DNA of 55,391 nucleotides, filler included, from Basidioascus undulatus (lineage: Eukaryota), in NCBI GenBank assembly GCA_000826855.1. It is 4 parts of 4 records of this genome, joined end to end, with 100 filler letters (N's around TTAATTAATTAA, not from the genome) between each part and the next. Parts side by side here need not be neighbours in the genome. Positions count along the whole stretch, not along the records: positions 1 to 13,803 come from JTLS01000786.1; positions 13,904 to 27,690 come from JTLS01000787.1; 2 more parts are not named here. The stretch is one strand, 5' to 3'. Below are positions 1 through 14,734 of the stretch, piece after piece. How positions within the stretch are numbered: the stretch's first letter is position 1; each line of letters begins with the position of its first letter. The notes under the pieces are model-generated. The model was not told where the DNA came from, made no database searches, and saw only the letters and a program-made list of their open reading frames with translations. Both the position numbers and the translations under genes were made by a program.

Positions 1-652
1 CCGGGCCCCTCCCCCCCCCCCTCCACGGCCATCGCCTCCCCCCACCCCGCAACCCCACCCGTCCCCGCTATCCCCTCCTCCTTCGGCATCCACTCCACCG
101 ACGCACAGAGCCCAGACTTCACCGTCCCACCCCCCCGCGCCGGGAGCGCACCGGCCCCCAGTCGGAGCCCGGTTCAGGGGATCTTGAAGAACAAGGATCA
201 CGGGCAGAACGCCGCCAAGCTGGATCAGCTGCTTGCGAGCGGGTGAGTGCAGCTGGTCGGAAGGAAAGCAGGGAGGAAGAGATGCTGATGAGGCTTTGGG
301 TGGGCAGCGAGGGGCAAGATACGTTCGGAAACACCGGCATCCTCCGAATCCCCACTGGCGCTGGTGCGTTCATCCTCCTTACCCTCCTCTCCGCCTCCCT
401 GCTCCCTGACTGACCCTTCCCCGGCGCACAGCATTTGCCTCCTCCCGCCTCCCGTCGCAGCGCACCGGCCTCCCCCCGCAGTCGACCGGCTCGCCCTGGG
501 GCCAGCCCTCCGGCTCGAACTTCGCGCCTAACAACCCCTTCGGCCAGCCCCAACAGCAGCAGCAGCAGAACGGGTTCGGCGGCGCGTTCTCCCCGCAGCC
601 GCAGCCGCAGCAGCAGGGGCAGAACAACGACCAGCCGTTCTTCTCTATCTGA
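1..652 (+). CDS. Epsin (Ent1/Ent2-like) endocytic adaptor, 3' portion, 2 introns; 5' end beyond contig start
   Basis: Spliced translation ...NKDHGQNAAKLDQLLASG|EGQDTFGNTGILRIPTGA|AFASSRLPSQRTGLPPQSTG...NNPFGQPQQQQQQNGF...NNDQPFFSI* (TGA 650-652). DTFGNxGxLRIP, LxxQxTG repeats, NPF and poly-Q are typical of fungal epsin C-termini. Confidence 0.8.
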
Positions 653-3120
653 TTACCGACCTTTCTTCTTTCTTCCGTGTACCTTAGTTTGCTTTCGTTG
701 AGATTGAGATGATCCCCACGACTCGACACTCCCATAGCCTTTTAGTTCCTTACGTTTTCCGCTGTCGCATTGCGTTCTGTTCTTTTGCCTGCTTCGTTTT
801 TCTTTCTTTCATGGCGAACTTGTGCAATGCGTTGGGCTTGGCTCGAAGATGAAGTTTGAAGATAAAGTTTGAAGATGGTACAGAAGATGCAATACGGTGG
901 CCTGATACGAGTGTGCTTGCGTGCGGGTTGCGACGTGCGGTGGGTATGGGGGACGAGGATTTGCCTGTCTCCCTTGGGGTTGCCCGTGGTACCGGTAGGT
1001 AGGTAGGCGAGATGTGAGGCGAGTTCAAGTGCAAGAAAATAAAGAAAAGATGCGGTGCCTTTCCGGTTTCGTTTTGCCAGATGAGCCCCTAGACAGAGAA
1101 AATGGCCAGTCGCATCGGCCTCACGACCATTACGCATGTACATTTACCCAGCGTACCCTTCCTCCTTGCGGGTAGAAATAACGTCAGCCTGAGGCAACCT
1201 GCACACTGGGAGCCTGAGTGTGGTGAGACTGTCATCCTGCTCGTCCACCGCTGCAATGTCAACAGCCGCTCGAAGCTGATCTCGGTAAGATGTGCTTGCT
1301 CAACTCCTGCGCGAGCGGCTGACCTCACCACAAGGGAATCTTGGAGACAGCTCGCGCTGCGGGAGTGTCGTCACTTTCGACGTCGACAGTGAAGTGGACA
1401 AACTGAACGTGAGCTGGAATCATCAGGGGATGCTCAGCGGCGTTTAGTGGAAGCCTGTCTTGATCCAGAGAACTTCGAGCGCCAAGTTTCAGAATTTTAA
1501 AATACTCCAAAGCCCCTCGAGGGCGCTGGGTTGAACGAGCGACGTCGCTCAGCGGGCGTGACCTGCCGCTGACGTAGAGTGTGTTAGTACAATCTGCATA
1601 GACGGTAAATGGTGGGGGATGGCGCTTGAGGGAGGTGAACATAAGGACAGGAGTGCAGGTTCATGAATATGCGAGAGAACAATACAACCCGTGCTATCCG
1701 GAGTAAAAGAGGCACTGGAATCCGTAGACCCCAAAAAGCTTTAAACTCAGTGAGACTTCTTGAGCGGGTGGCAAGGCGGGCTTGGGGCGGCCGCGGACTT
1801 GAGCGGTGGGGGGAATCTGTGGAGAGGTAGGTCCGTAGAGCGTGGCGCGTAGTGGCACGAGAGTCAGTAGCGGCTCCGTGGAGCTGAGGCGTTGGGTGGT
1901 CCTGAGTCTGGAAGGGGGTGTCTAGCTGAGAGGACGATGGCGGGGAAGCAAGAGAGAGTGGCGTGGGCAGACGAGCTCGAAAGAGGTGGGTGCGGACGCG
2001 GGTGCTGGACTGGAATGTGCCAACGAAGCCGAGCCTGCCACTAATGCTGATGTTCGCATATCGTTTGTTCAATTAGAAAGTAGCGTGGAATTTTGACATT
2101 CATGTACTATGACCTTGAGTGTCATGGGTGTAGACAAGGATAATAACGCATCCACCGTCACAAAAAACATCACTGTTGACTGTGTCGTGCCCCGACCTTG
2201 GCTGCCTTTATAGTGTCTTGCCGGTGTTCGGCCCAACGTATCGGCTTTGAATTTGGGCTGCACTGGACTTGAAGCACAGCCAAATTCGGCTTGGTGGTTG
2301 AACGCACGCCTGAGTCGGTTTTGTTAAAGGCCCAAATGTTTCGATGCTCTTCATTGGATTTATCCAAAGGATCTACCATCCAATGAATCGAGCCTTCGAG
2401 ACAAGGATGCTTGACGACCTGTACTCTCAGGCTGGCGCAACCTGGCGGGATGTGAAAATGACTGCTGGGAGGCCTCCTCAACCGTTTTATTTGAACGAAC
2501 CGCTTAACTCTGATCTTGGGGATCGGCACTTGCACGACGAATGGAAAATCAAAATATTTGGTCTATATATTCTTGCAAGTCCACCTCCGTCGGCACAGGG
2601 CAAGTCTTCATACCGCTCGTCGACAGTCGACATTGCTTGCCAGGAGAAGCACCATTTCCTGAACCTGTACGCAGTTGGAAGAGGTGATCTGATAAATACT
2701 ACGGGAATAAGCCGACTGTTGTTTTATTTTCTGATGCAGTTGTCGCAGGTCAGCTTTCCAGGCACCGCCCCCCATTCACGGGGCGCACACGCTTTGCTCG
2801 TTCCACCTGTGCATCCAGAACCTGCACGCGCTCAAACGAATGGGAACTTGAGCCTCGTGCGGTAATATTCTGGAGATTAAAATCGAACTTTATCTCGAAG
2901 ATCTGTAAAAGGAGCTTCAGAATGCAGAGCTCCAGCCAGCCAAGCCGGCGTCTTCCTCCTGCCTCCCGCTTCTTCTCGCCGTCCGCTCGCTCGCCTTCTT
3001 TTCGTCATTCGGCCAGAATCGGCTATCAAGGCCCATATAACGCTTGCGAGGCCTCCCACAGCCCTTCTGCATCTCTGTCTCTCATCTCCCCACACCCACA
3101 ACAGCTTTACAACACCCATC

Positions 3121-4130
3121 ATGTCTGCACCCGCCACCACGGACGCCACCACGGACGCCATCACCCGCGTCGCCGCGTTAGACCCTACCGGCACACCTTC
3201 GGGGCTGGTGAGTCGCTCACCTGCATATCAGGGTGAGGGTATGAACGGAACTCACTGTTGTTCAATCGCTCAACTACAGGAGGACCCCACCAAGCCGCCC
3301 GTCGTGCCGAAGCAGGAGATCCACACGGTCGAGGGACCTCCCGGGAAGGAGGTTAAGGAGAAGAAGCAGGCCCGCCACATGGTGATCGCTTGGGACCGCA
3401 CGGAGGGCGCCGAGAAGGCGCTGCAGTAGTACGTGGATGTTCACAGATTCTTGTGGAGAAAGCGCTGAGACACTGCGGTCTTCAACAGCTACGTCGACAA
3501 CCTCGTCAAGCCGAGCGACCAGTGCGTTTTCGTATACTCGGAGCAGCTCACAAGGTTTATATAAACTGAACTGGTATACCAGTGTCTTCCTCGTCACCAT
3601 CCTCCCCACCTCGCTCTACGAGCCTCGCTCTTCTTCGACATTGGCTCCGAACTCGACAACAAGCGCAACCTCGCGCTCCTGCGCCAGATGCGCGAGAGTG
3701 CGCTCCTGCACCTGAAGGAGGCAGGAAAGAGGGCGGAGGAGAAGGGGTGCGTCCATTTTCTGCTCTTCTGGTTGATTGGTGGTAGCGGTGCTGAAGTTGT
3801 TTGGGAGAGGGTAGGTCGAGGTCACGTATCACATCGCGCACTCGAGCTCGGCCAAGCTCGCCCTTCCTGAGCTTGCGGAGGAGCACTATGCGGACTTGAT
3901 CATCCTCGGTAAGTTGGAACGTTTCCCCGCGTATCATGGATGTGTGGCTGAAGTCCCCTCCGTCTTTCAGGCTGCCGCCACCTCGGTCGCTGGCAATGTA
4001 CGGTCTCGCCGGGCAGGTGAGAAGACTTCCACAATTGGACAGAGGGAAAACAGACTAACATAGGCCTTGCCTTAGCGTGTCCTCCTACGTCTTGACCCAC
4101 ACCAACAAGCCTGTTCTGATCGTGAAGTGA
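3121..4130 (+). CDS. Universal stress protein (USP) domain gene, multi-intron, apparent 1-nt frameshift near 3623-3632
   Basis: ARHMVIAWDRTEGAEKALQY|YVDNLVKPSDH|VFLVTIL ... ADLIILG|CRHLG ... SVSSYVLTHTNKPVLIVK* (TGA 4128-4130) matches the USP beta1/alpha1, DLIIxG and GSVSxYVLxHxxxPVLIV motifs. The frame switches inside one exon. Confidence 0.75.
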
Positions 4131-4594
4131 GGGTTGGGCGCACGTCTCGTTCGTTGGTGTTTCCTCATGTCTTTACTAGTCCTTGTCTGATGTACAATTG
4201 TAAACGCTCTCGAGAAAAAACTTGTCCGAAATATTCGTATGGTTTGGGGTGTACAACGAGCGAATGTGAAGTGCGATGCACCGGCGCTCCGGCTCGGCTG
4301 TTCAGAGTGTCTTGAAGCGCTCATTGTAAACACGGCTCGGTGGAGCCATGGACTAATATTCAGTCCTCTTAGTTGTCAAAGATCACTCTTGGACATTTTA
4401 CGACAGTCCATTCATGCATGTGCAGTCCTCAGAAAAGGAAAAGAGGAAACGCCGTCGATGCCCGTGGGAACTGCTGAATGGCACGGAGCGATCCCCGACA
4501 TTGCCCGCCAAATTCCCGTCTTCTCACTTGATCGTTTCTCGGTCTCGATACCCATCTTGGCCTCCTCCCCCTTCTTCCCGGCATATCCGCCATA

Positions 4595-7862
<3,268 letters not shown>

Positions 7863-8374
7863 TCGCCGTTCTGGGACACCCTTTTCACCGCCTTCTTTCC
7901 TTTCTGCATACTTTCGCTTTCCTAGTTTTCCTTTGTTTCCCCTCGTGTTGTACCATCGCAGCCCGCACACTCCCCACTCGCTCGCAGCATGCATTAGACA
8001 GAACGCACTTGTGCGCGGTGGGTTCCACTTCAGAACGAATGCGTCGCCAGTACCCCCATCCGACAGCGACAGCCTCACGGATCTTACATCTTACCTTCAT
8101 CGCGCTATATACTAATCAAGTGCTGGCGCGCGCCGTGCGGAGCACGATGCATGTTGTTGATCATTCATGGTGCGTTGTTCGTATCGAAGCGAGCTAGCGA
8201 GGCGAACTAACACCCCCGACTAACCTCGTCTCATCTCGGCGACCAGCCCCCCTCAAATGAACTTCTCGCTCTTCCTACCGGATTTTCCCCCTTCTTCCCT
8301 TTCACTCATCACCTTTCTCATCCGCGTCGGTCGCGCTTCTCTCGTCCTCTTTAAGTTCTCCAGCGCAGGTCGCC

Positions 8375-9464
8375 ATGTTCGCACTCTTCGCCTTCTGCAC
8401 GGCACTGGCTGCCCTTTCGCAGGCTGCGCCTATCCCCTCGATTTCTTTCAGCTCGCCTACCGCCTTTTCTTCGTACCGCCAGGATGACAATGTCACTGTT
8501 TCCTGGTAAGGCCAATTCCTCTGCTTGGGAGGATTCTAGCTCAACCGCATGCGTCGGCAGGAGCACCACTTCGCGCGCTGCGGCGGTCGAGTTCCCCACT
8601 CTGCAGCTCTGTATCGACGACCCTCTCATGCCCGAGTCGCTCGCATGCGGTGCCACCAACTGGACGACACCTGACTACCAGGATGGGGTTTATACGGTCA
8701 CCATGTAGGCCTTGTATCCCCTCGACTTGATTAGCTATCGTGGCGCTTAACACTGCGGGATAATCAGGCCGGTGCCAGACGTCCTTCGCGCGGCGCATTA
8801 CATTTTCTGGCTGCGCGACCGCGGCATCGGCGGCGGCTGGAAGTCTCCCACTTTCGACATCTCGCGTATGTACAGTTTTACCGCTGTTGATACTCGGAAA
8901 TTTCTCAGCGATGCTCAACTGTGCTGTCGGGCAGCTTCCCCTGCGACCTCCGCGACCCCAGCGTCCGCTGTTGCCTCGTCTGCAGCCGCCGCCAAGTCCG
9001 CGCACGGTATCCACGCCGCGACAGTCTGCCTGGCCATCTTCCTCTCCCTCTTCGGCCTCGCAGTTCTCGCCGCGATCGGGATGTGGTGCATCGAGCGTCG
9101 GAACCGCAACCGCGCTTCGGCGGAGCTGGCTGAGGCGACGATCGTCCCGTACACGTACACACCAGACGAGAAGGGCGGATTCGAGCCGATGCCAGCGTAC
9201 CCTGCCCACGCGCTCGTCCGCCAGGCTTCGTCACTGAGCCACAAGTCCAGCTACTTGAGCGACTCCGCGCCCCTGGCCACAGCGCAGTCGAAGGACTCCG
9301 ACCTCCCTCCATACAGCCAGCCTCCGCCCAGCTCTCCAGCGTCGACTCCGAACGAGCATCACGCTGACGACGGCCAGGAACGCGGTGTGGCAAGCGCGCG
9401 GCGGATGGAAGCGACGAGCCCGCGAGCGTGGTACGCTTGGGTGGAGCGCACTGCCGGCTGCTAA
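8375..9464 (+). CDS. Predicted type-I single-pass membrane protein (signal peptide, small extracellular domain, S/T/A stalk, TM helix, cytoplasmic tail), 3 introns
   Basis: MFALFAFCTALAALSQAAPIP signal; exons join in frame through GT-AG introns (...NVTVSW|STT...YTVTM|PVPD...WKSPTFDIS|PSPATSA...); TM VCLAIFLSLFGLAVLAAIGMWCI followed by basic ERRNRNR; tail contains LPPYS. Confidence 0.75.
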
Positions 9465-9773
9465 GCCAAGGCTCATTTTCTTGACTGTCGTCCACCGATC
9501 TTTTTCAAGCTTTCTGGATCAAGAGATCATGTTTATGCTTTACTGTTGTTCTATATGCAGCATCATTCGTTTGAATCGTCGAGTTTTAGTCATGGACTGC
9601 CATCGGCAAGCACGAGACGAGACAAGACAAGTTGATGAGGAGGGCCCTACGAAGACGGGAATCGGGAATAATGCCCAAGACATTGAGAAAGCTACTGGCC
9701 CTGAGAGGACTGCCACAGTGTGACAGTAATAAATGTGCCAGGGCGTCGTCAGGCAGTGGACCACAGGATTGGC

Positions 9774-11150
9774 CTACGTGAAGACGAACGCATGGCAAGG
9801 GCTAGTCTCGTACGCGGGGGCCTCAACGTCCTCCTCCAAGCCCAAGCTTTCTAACCCATATCGAAGCGCGACGCTCTCGAGCGAACAACACTTGTCCACC
9901 AACTCTACGGGGAAGTGGGTGGGATAGCGATGGCCGACGTTAAGGGTGTTTGGCGACTCAAGGGAGTCGCACTCGCACTCCCACTCTTCGCAAGCCAAGT
10001 GAGGCGTCGCAGGTGTTTGAAGCGCGGTAATGCTCTGCTGAGCGCAGACTGTACATAAAAGACGCGGCCAACGAATGAGCCATCCTGTTCAGAACGCAGG
10101 TTCGTGAGAGTCGCTCACCTGGAACTCGTTAGATAGCACGTCCGGCTCGTTAAGACCATTCCAAGTGCGGAAATTCTGGGAAACCGGTCAACAGACACGT
10201 CACGACGCGATCGCATTCCAAGTCGGTAATCGTCTTCAGACAAACTTCAAGCGCGGTAACGCCCGCATTGCGGAGCGAAGCCTCGAGGACCTTCGAGGTC
10301 GCGGAACATGACCGTATTGGCGGTCGAATCGGGCCCAAATGTCGAATTGAGCGACTGAAAAGAGCTTGAGATAGCGCAGGGGTGCGCGAGTGGGCGACGG
10401 GCGAGGCTGTCGGGCGTCTCGAGCGAAGGAAGGCGCGGAAGAAAGCCCCGGTTGTGGACCTCCTTCTGGAGCAGCTCAGGGGCTCCAGAATTGCCGTAGA
10501 AGAAACGAAGGCGCAGGTCCTCGAACGTCGGTAAAGATGCGAGGACAGCATGAGCGGAAGGTGGGAAGGGGATCGACTTCCCACTAGCCCTCTTCGTCGG
10601 GCTGGTGAAGGGCGTATAGATCGAGTGAGCGAAGGCGCGAAAGTTCCGAAACGACGCGGCCAAGCGGAGGAGCGAACTGTAACGAGTGTCAGGATCGTCC
10701 GCGTGGAGTCCGAAGTGCTCGAGGTACGTCGCGTAAGCGGCGGGTCGCAACCAGATGCACGCTGTCTGGCTGTCCTCGAGACCGAGCACCGGTCCTACTG
10801 TGAGAGCCCTGAAAATAGAACTTATGGTGCTTAAGCCACTCAAACCCGCGGTAGACTTGAACGCGTACGTACCGAACGCCTTTGCGAGCTGCAGGATTAG
10901 TGAGGATCTAGCGCACGCGTTCAAGCAAGCGCAGAGATTGCTCCTTCTCTGCTCCCGAATGGTAGATCCTCCAAGGGTCGAGAAAGAGCCTGACGCTTTT
11001 GAACAGAAGATCAAAGACGTCCCTGCGCGTGGACCGATTTACGAGCGAGAGCTCGAGAACGGTCTCCTTGTCGGAGTGCTGCGCGGTCGCGCGGACCACC
11101 TCCGGGGGAAGCTTCGTGTACGCCGTCGGTGTGCTCTGCCGGTATCCCAT
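9774..11150 (-). pseudogene. F-box/LRR-like gene relic
   Basis: N-terminal YTKLPPEVVRATAQHSDKETVLELSLVNRSTRRDVFDLLFKSVRL is F-box-like. There is an in-frame TAG at 10910-10908, after which ILTNPAARKGVRYVRV continues. LRR-like stretches (VLASLPTFEDLRLRF) lie in another frame. 3' end approximate. Confidence 0.6.
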
Positions 11151-12015
11151 AAACTAGGTGGGCTGCGAATGTAAGCGCAAGTCCCCGGGTCCGAGAGGGA
11201 AGGTGCTTCGTTCAGTGCCTCATGCTGCGACTGCCCTTGGAATTGATGTGTCGGTCCGTCTATCTTTGACGCAAAAATTTTGGAGCAGGATTTTAGTCAG
11301 GCAGGAAGCACTATTACTGGATGGCAAATGGAGCATAAGAACATGCTGTGGCACGCAGACGTTAGCTTAGGTCTTACACAAGCCGTTCTCAAGTAAGGAA
11401 CCCGACAAATGTGGATATATTCAGAGAATTTGTACAATCTCAGCCTCTTTACCCGTCAAGACTGTCAACATGCGTAAGGGGAACCAACCGCCCAGAAATC
11501 TGTGAAGACCGCCGCAACTTGTACCCGCTGACATGACTGCCAATACCTAGCCTACGAACCGCGAAAGTCAAACCGTATCTCTGTTTTCGAATTCCAATAA
11601 GTGAGAGATGTACAATAAAAGAAAGAGCGCTGATACTGAGGGAGTGCAGTCTTGAAATTTCTGTTTTTTGAAATGCCAAACAGTCAGCGCCCGCGTTCCA
11701 CAGAACCATCGTGTCACCGAACATTTTGTGGTGTACGTCTTCAGCGTGGACGGTTCCCACGTCATCTTCGGACACCAGAGCTCAAATATTTCAATGAAAT
11801 TGTTACCGGACAAACGAAGGAAAGTTCAAACAGGCACTTCGTCGTCGTTCCTGCTCATAATGAGCTCCGCCTGCCCCGCCATCAACGCCGTCGTCGGCCC
11901 GCTTCCCGCTTTCCCTTTCCTCGCGTGTGCGTTTCCGGCCCCCAAATAATCGACTTGACTCCCTTGTCTCCATTCCAAACCGCTCCCTGCCTTCCCGAAC
12001 CATGACCGTCCCAGC

Positions 12016-12645
12016 ATGCAGCGCACCGCGTCGAGCACCGCCAGCAGCACGAGCACCACCATCAGCAGCCTCAGCAGCGTGCGCACGCCGCTCACGGTGC
12101 GGGACGTCCTGCGGCAGCACCTGGGCCTGCTCCGCTCAAAGTCAGCCATCCCAGAATGGTCCCCCAGTCCGTTCCTTCTCCCTCCCCTCCCCATCGCTCC
12201 CGTTCGCTCTCCCCAAACTGATCTGCGAGTGCTGGAACTGCACAGTGATGACCCTCCCCCCCGTCGAGATCACCCACCGCCCGAGCCCCGTCCCCGGCGC
12301 GCTGACCTTCCAGGCGTGGACGTCCTTCTTCGGGTCCGCGGCGGACGTGTCTGCCCGGGTGGGCGACAACGTGCGCGCGCTGGAGGCAAGCGGGCGGTGG
12401 AGGGTCGGGCTGCTGCAGGTCAGGTGTGTGCGCGTCCCCTACAAGCCGTTTCCCCAAGGGGAATGTTAGAAACGGACAGGAAGGGGAGCAGACTGATGAA
12501 AGCGGCGGTGGCGGAGCATAGCGTCGCAGCCGAGTGGAAGCCGCAGTTTCACAGCTACAGCGACGAGGGGTCCGTGACGCTCTACCTTGATTGGCTAGGT
12601 CCTAAACGGGAGGACGAGGGGGAGGAGCCGAGCATCCATTGGTGA
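12016..12645 (+). CDS. Hypothetical small protein, 2 introns, frame ambiguity at a C7 run (~12256-12262)
   Basis: GC3-rich codon usage. The middle exon ...ALTFQAWTSFFGSAADVSARVGDNVRALEASGRWRVGLLQV joins through GT..TAG in frame to VAAEWKPQFHSYSDEGSVTLYLDWLG...SIHW*. The exon1/exon2 junction fits only if the C run is one base shorter. Confidence 0.5.
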   Translation: MQRTASSTASSTSTTISSLSSVRTPLTVRDVLRQHLGLLRSKSAIPEWSPSPFLLPPLPIAPVRSPQTDLRVLELHSDDPPPRRDHPPPEPRPRRADLPGVDVLLRVRGGRVCPGGRQRARAGGKRAVEGRAAAGQVCARPLQAVSPRGMLETDRKGSRLMKAAVAEHSVAAEWKPQFHSYSDEGSVTLYLDWLGPKREDEGEEPSIHW

Positions 12646-13025
12646 GTTTGCTATTCTTCATCCAAACAATCCCGCAAAATGCCGAGAAGCTGAACGACTG
12701 AGGGGGCCGCGAGGACAGGCTGGCGGAGCGCGTAAGGGACGCGCTGGTCTGCAGTGGGGGTGTGTGCTCAGACAATTCAGAATGGGCGGGGTGAGGCTGG
12801 GCATCTGCAATCTATCAATGCAGCTTGAGCGCCCCTGGGTGGGTTGATAGACTGTTTGAACAGCTGGGAGTGGCCTGCACTGGCAGAAGACCCCAGCCTC
12901 TCTCGAAAGTCGCACAGCTCCCCAAACCAAGCGCCAAACTTTCAAACATGCCTCGACAGATAAACCAACAAAGATGCAGTATATGAATGCAAAAATAAGA
13001 GTCTGACCCAACGCGCTCGCCCCGC

Positions 13026-13709
13026 TCAGTCCGACTCCCCATCCGCGTCGATCAGGTGCGCGTAGTCCTCGTACGACCCGAACGTCGGCAGCTTGGCGCG
13101 CTTCTTCTTTTTCTCCTTCTCCCCGCCGCGCTTGCGCTTCCCGCCCACCGCCTCCTCCTCCTCCTCCTCCTCGCCCACGGGCAGGAGGTCGTCGTCCTCC
13201 TCGTCAAAGACGGGGAGCTCGTCATCATCCTCGTCCTCGTCCTCGATGCGACCCGCGCCGTCGGACTCGTCCTCCTCCTCGGCAGTGGCAGAGGCGGTGT
13301 CCTCGTCGGACGAGGACGCCATCTCCGCGGGGTCCAGGTCCGACCCGGAATCTTCCATGAGGTCCGCCTCGTCCTCCTGCCCCGGCATGGACGCTTGCAT
13401 AGCCTGCACACCATTCCCAATCCCAACCCGTCAGTGTCCAGCTCACCACCCTTCCCCCTGCAGCAAAAAAAGCAAGCGCACCTTCCAGATCTCGTCCTCG
13501 TCCATATCGCTCGCGTCCTCGTCCTCCTCATCTTCATCCACCGCCCCGCCCTTTTCATCCTCGCTCGACGCGCCGGCGTCCGCCTCCGGCTCCGCCTCGC
13601 TCACGACGTCCTCGTCGTCGGAAGCGCCCGTGCCCTTGCGCTTCCGGATCTTGTCCGCCTTATCCTGCTGCCTGCGCAGCTTTTGGGAGAAGAACTTGTG
13701 GAAGAAGAG
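13026..13709 (-). CDS. MAK21: Ribosome biogenesis protein Mak21/Noc1 (CBF family), C-terminal two exons
   Basis: LFFHKFFSQK...MDEDEIWK|AMQASMP..., a long acidic tract, then KRKR...KKKKRAKLPTFGSYEDYAHLIDADGESD*. FFHKFF, EDEIWKAM and LPTFxSYEDYA are characteristic of the Mak21/Noc1 tail. Confidence 0.85.
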
Positions 13710-13803
13710 CTGTACCAACGAGTCTCGTTAGCGACCGAAGACGAGCGGCGATGGAAGAGTGTCTAGGATTCAGGGGAAGGGAAGGTGGGGGAAAGGGAAG
13801 GTG

Positions 13804-13903
13804 NNNNNNNNNNNNNNNNNNNNNNNNNNNNNNNNNNNNNNNNNNNNTTAATTAATTAANNNNNNNNNNNNNNNNNNNNNNNNNNNNNNNNNNNNNNNNN
13901 NNN
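13804..13903. other. Artificial contig linker N44-TTAATTAATTAA-N44
   Basis: Exactly 100 nt; the palindromic 12-mer gives stops in all six frames; identical to the other two gaps. Confidence 0.98.
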
Positions 13904-14734
13904 CCCCCCGGGGCGGCTTATCTGGAGCCTATATTCTAAGTCCAAGTTCCCACATCCAGTTCGACAGTGTTCTATTTAGAAGATCCACTGCGAGTGCTAG
14001 GACTACCGCTGCGTCCTCCCGGCCCTGCAGCATGTTGTAAGATGAGGTGCGTTTTGTTACGACTATATTAAAAACTCAAATATTCTATGATGTCCATTTC
14101 AAATGCACCAACATTTTCTTTTGAGGACGAATAGACCAATTCTGCGGGTTGGGTTTATCTCGACACAGAGAAGTGCGAGCCTATGTGAGCAGACTGTACT
14201 TCCCCAGTGGCTCGTACCTGAACAAGCATCTGGCCTACTATTTATAAAAAAGAACAATTCCCCAAACGTTCACTCGTTTGCGTACTAAAAATCACTCACA
14301 AGTTCCGATTCAACCGACCTTGGTAGGATTCGAAGGCACGACCGGCTGCGTTCCCGGCGGGAGTGACAAGGTCGGGTGACGGCTCCGCAAACGCAAGCAA
14401 ACGTCCGGTAGGGAATTTATCCTCGGCCTCTTTATGCGCAGGTGCTGGTCTGCAAATGGGACTACATAAAATCATGTGAAAATGGTGCATAGTGCTTTTG
14501 TATTGTGGAACTATTACATTGCCAGCAAGAGGTTGCGGAGATCTTTGGCCGACGGCGAAGGTTCAGGCCGGGGCCAAAAGTGTCAAAAAGCTGGGCGGAT
14601 CGGGTCGGACCTGATCTTTCCCGAGGTTGCTGCATGCGCCCTTCTCGCCACGATCTTCTCTTGTGACTCGTCCCCACTCTTCCTCTTCCTTTTCCTAGTC
14701 CCTACCGTCGCCACTCCCGCCTCTGGTATCCGCC

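Noticed and set aside
13848..13859. TTAATTAATTAA palindrome recurring three times as a biological repeat or CRISPR-like element
   Set aside because: It is always centred in exactly 44+44 Ns; this is a synthetic six-frame stop linker.
13904..14734. SNO1/PDX2 partner divergent from SNZ1
   Set aside because: No glutaminase motifs are visible in the 830 nt to the contig edge; its absence cannot be judged beyond that.
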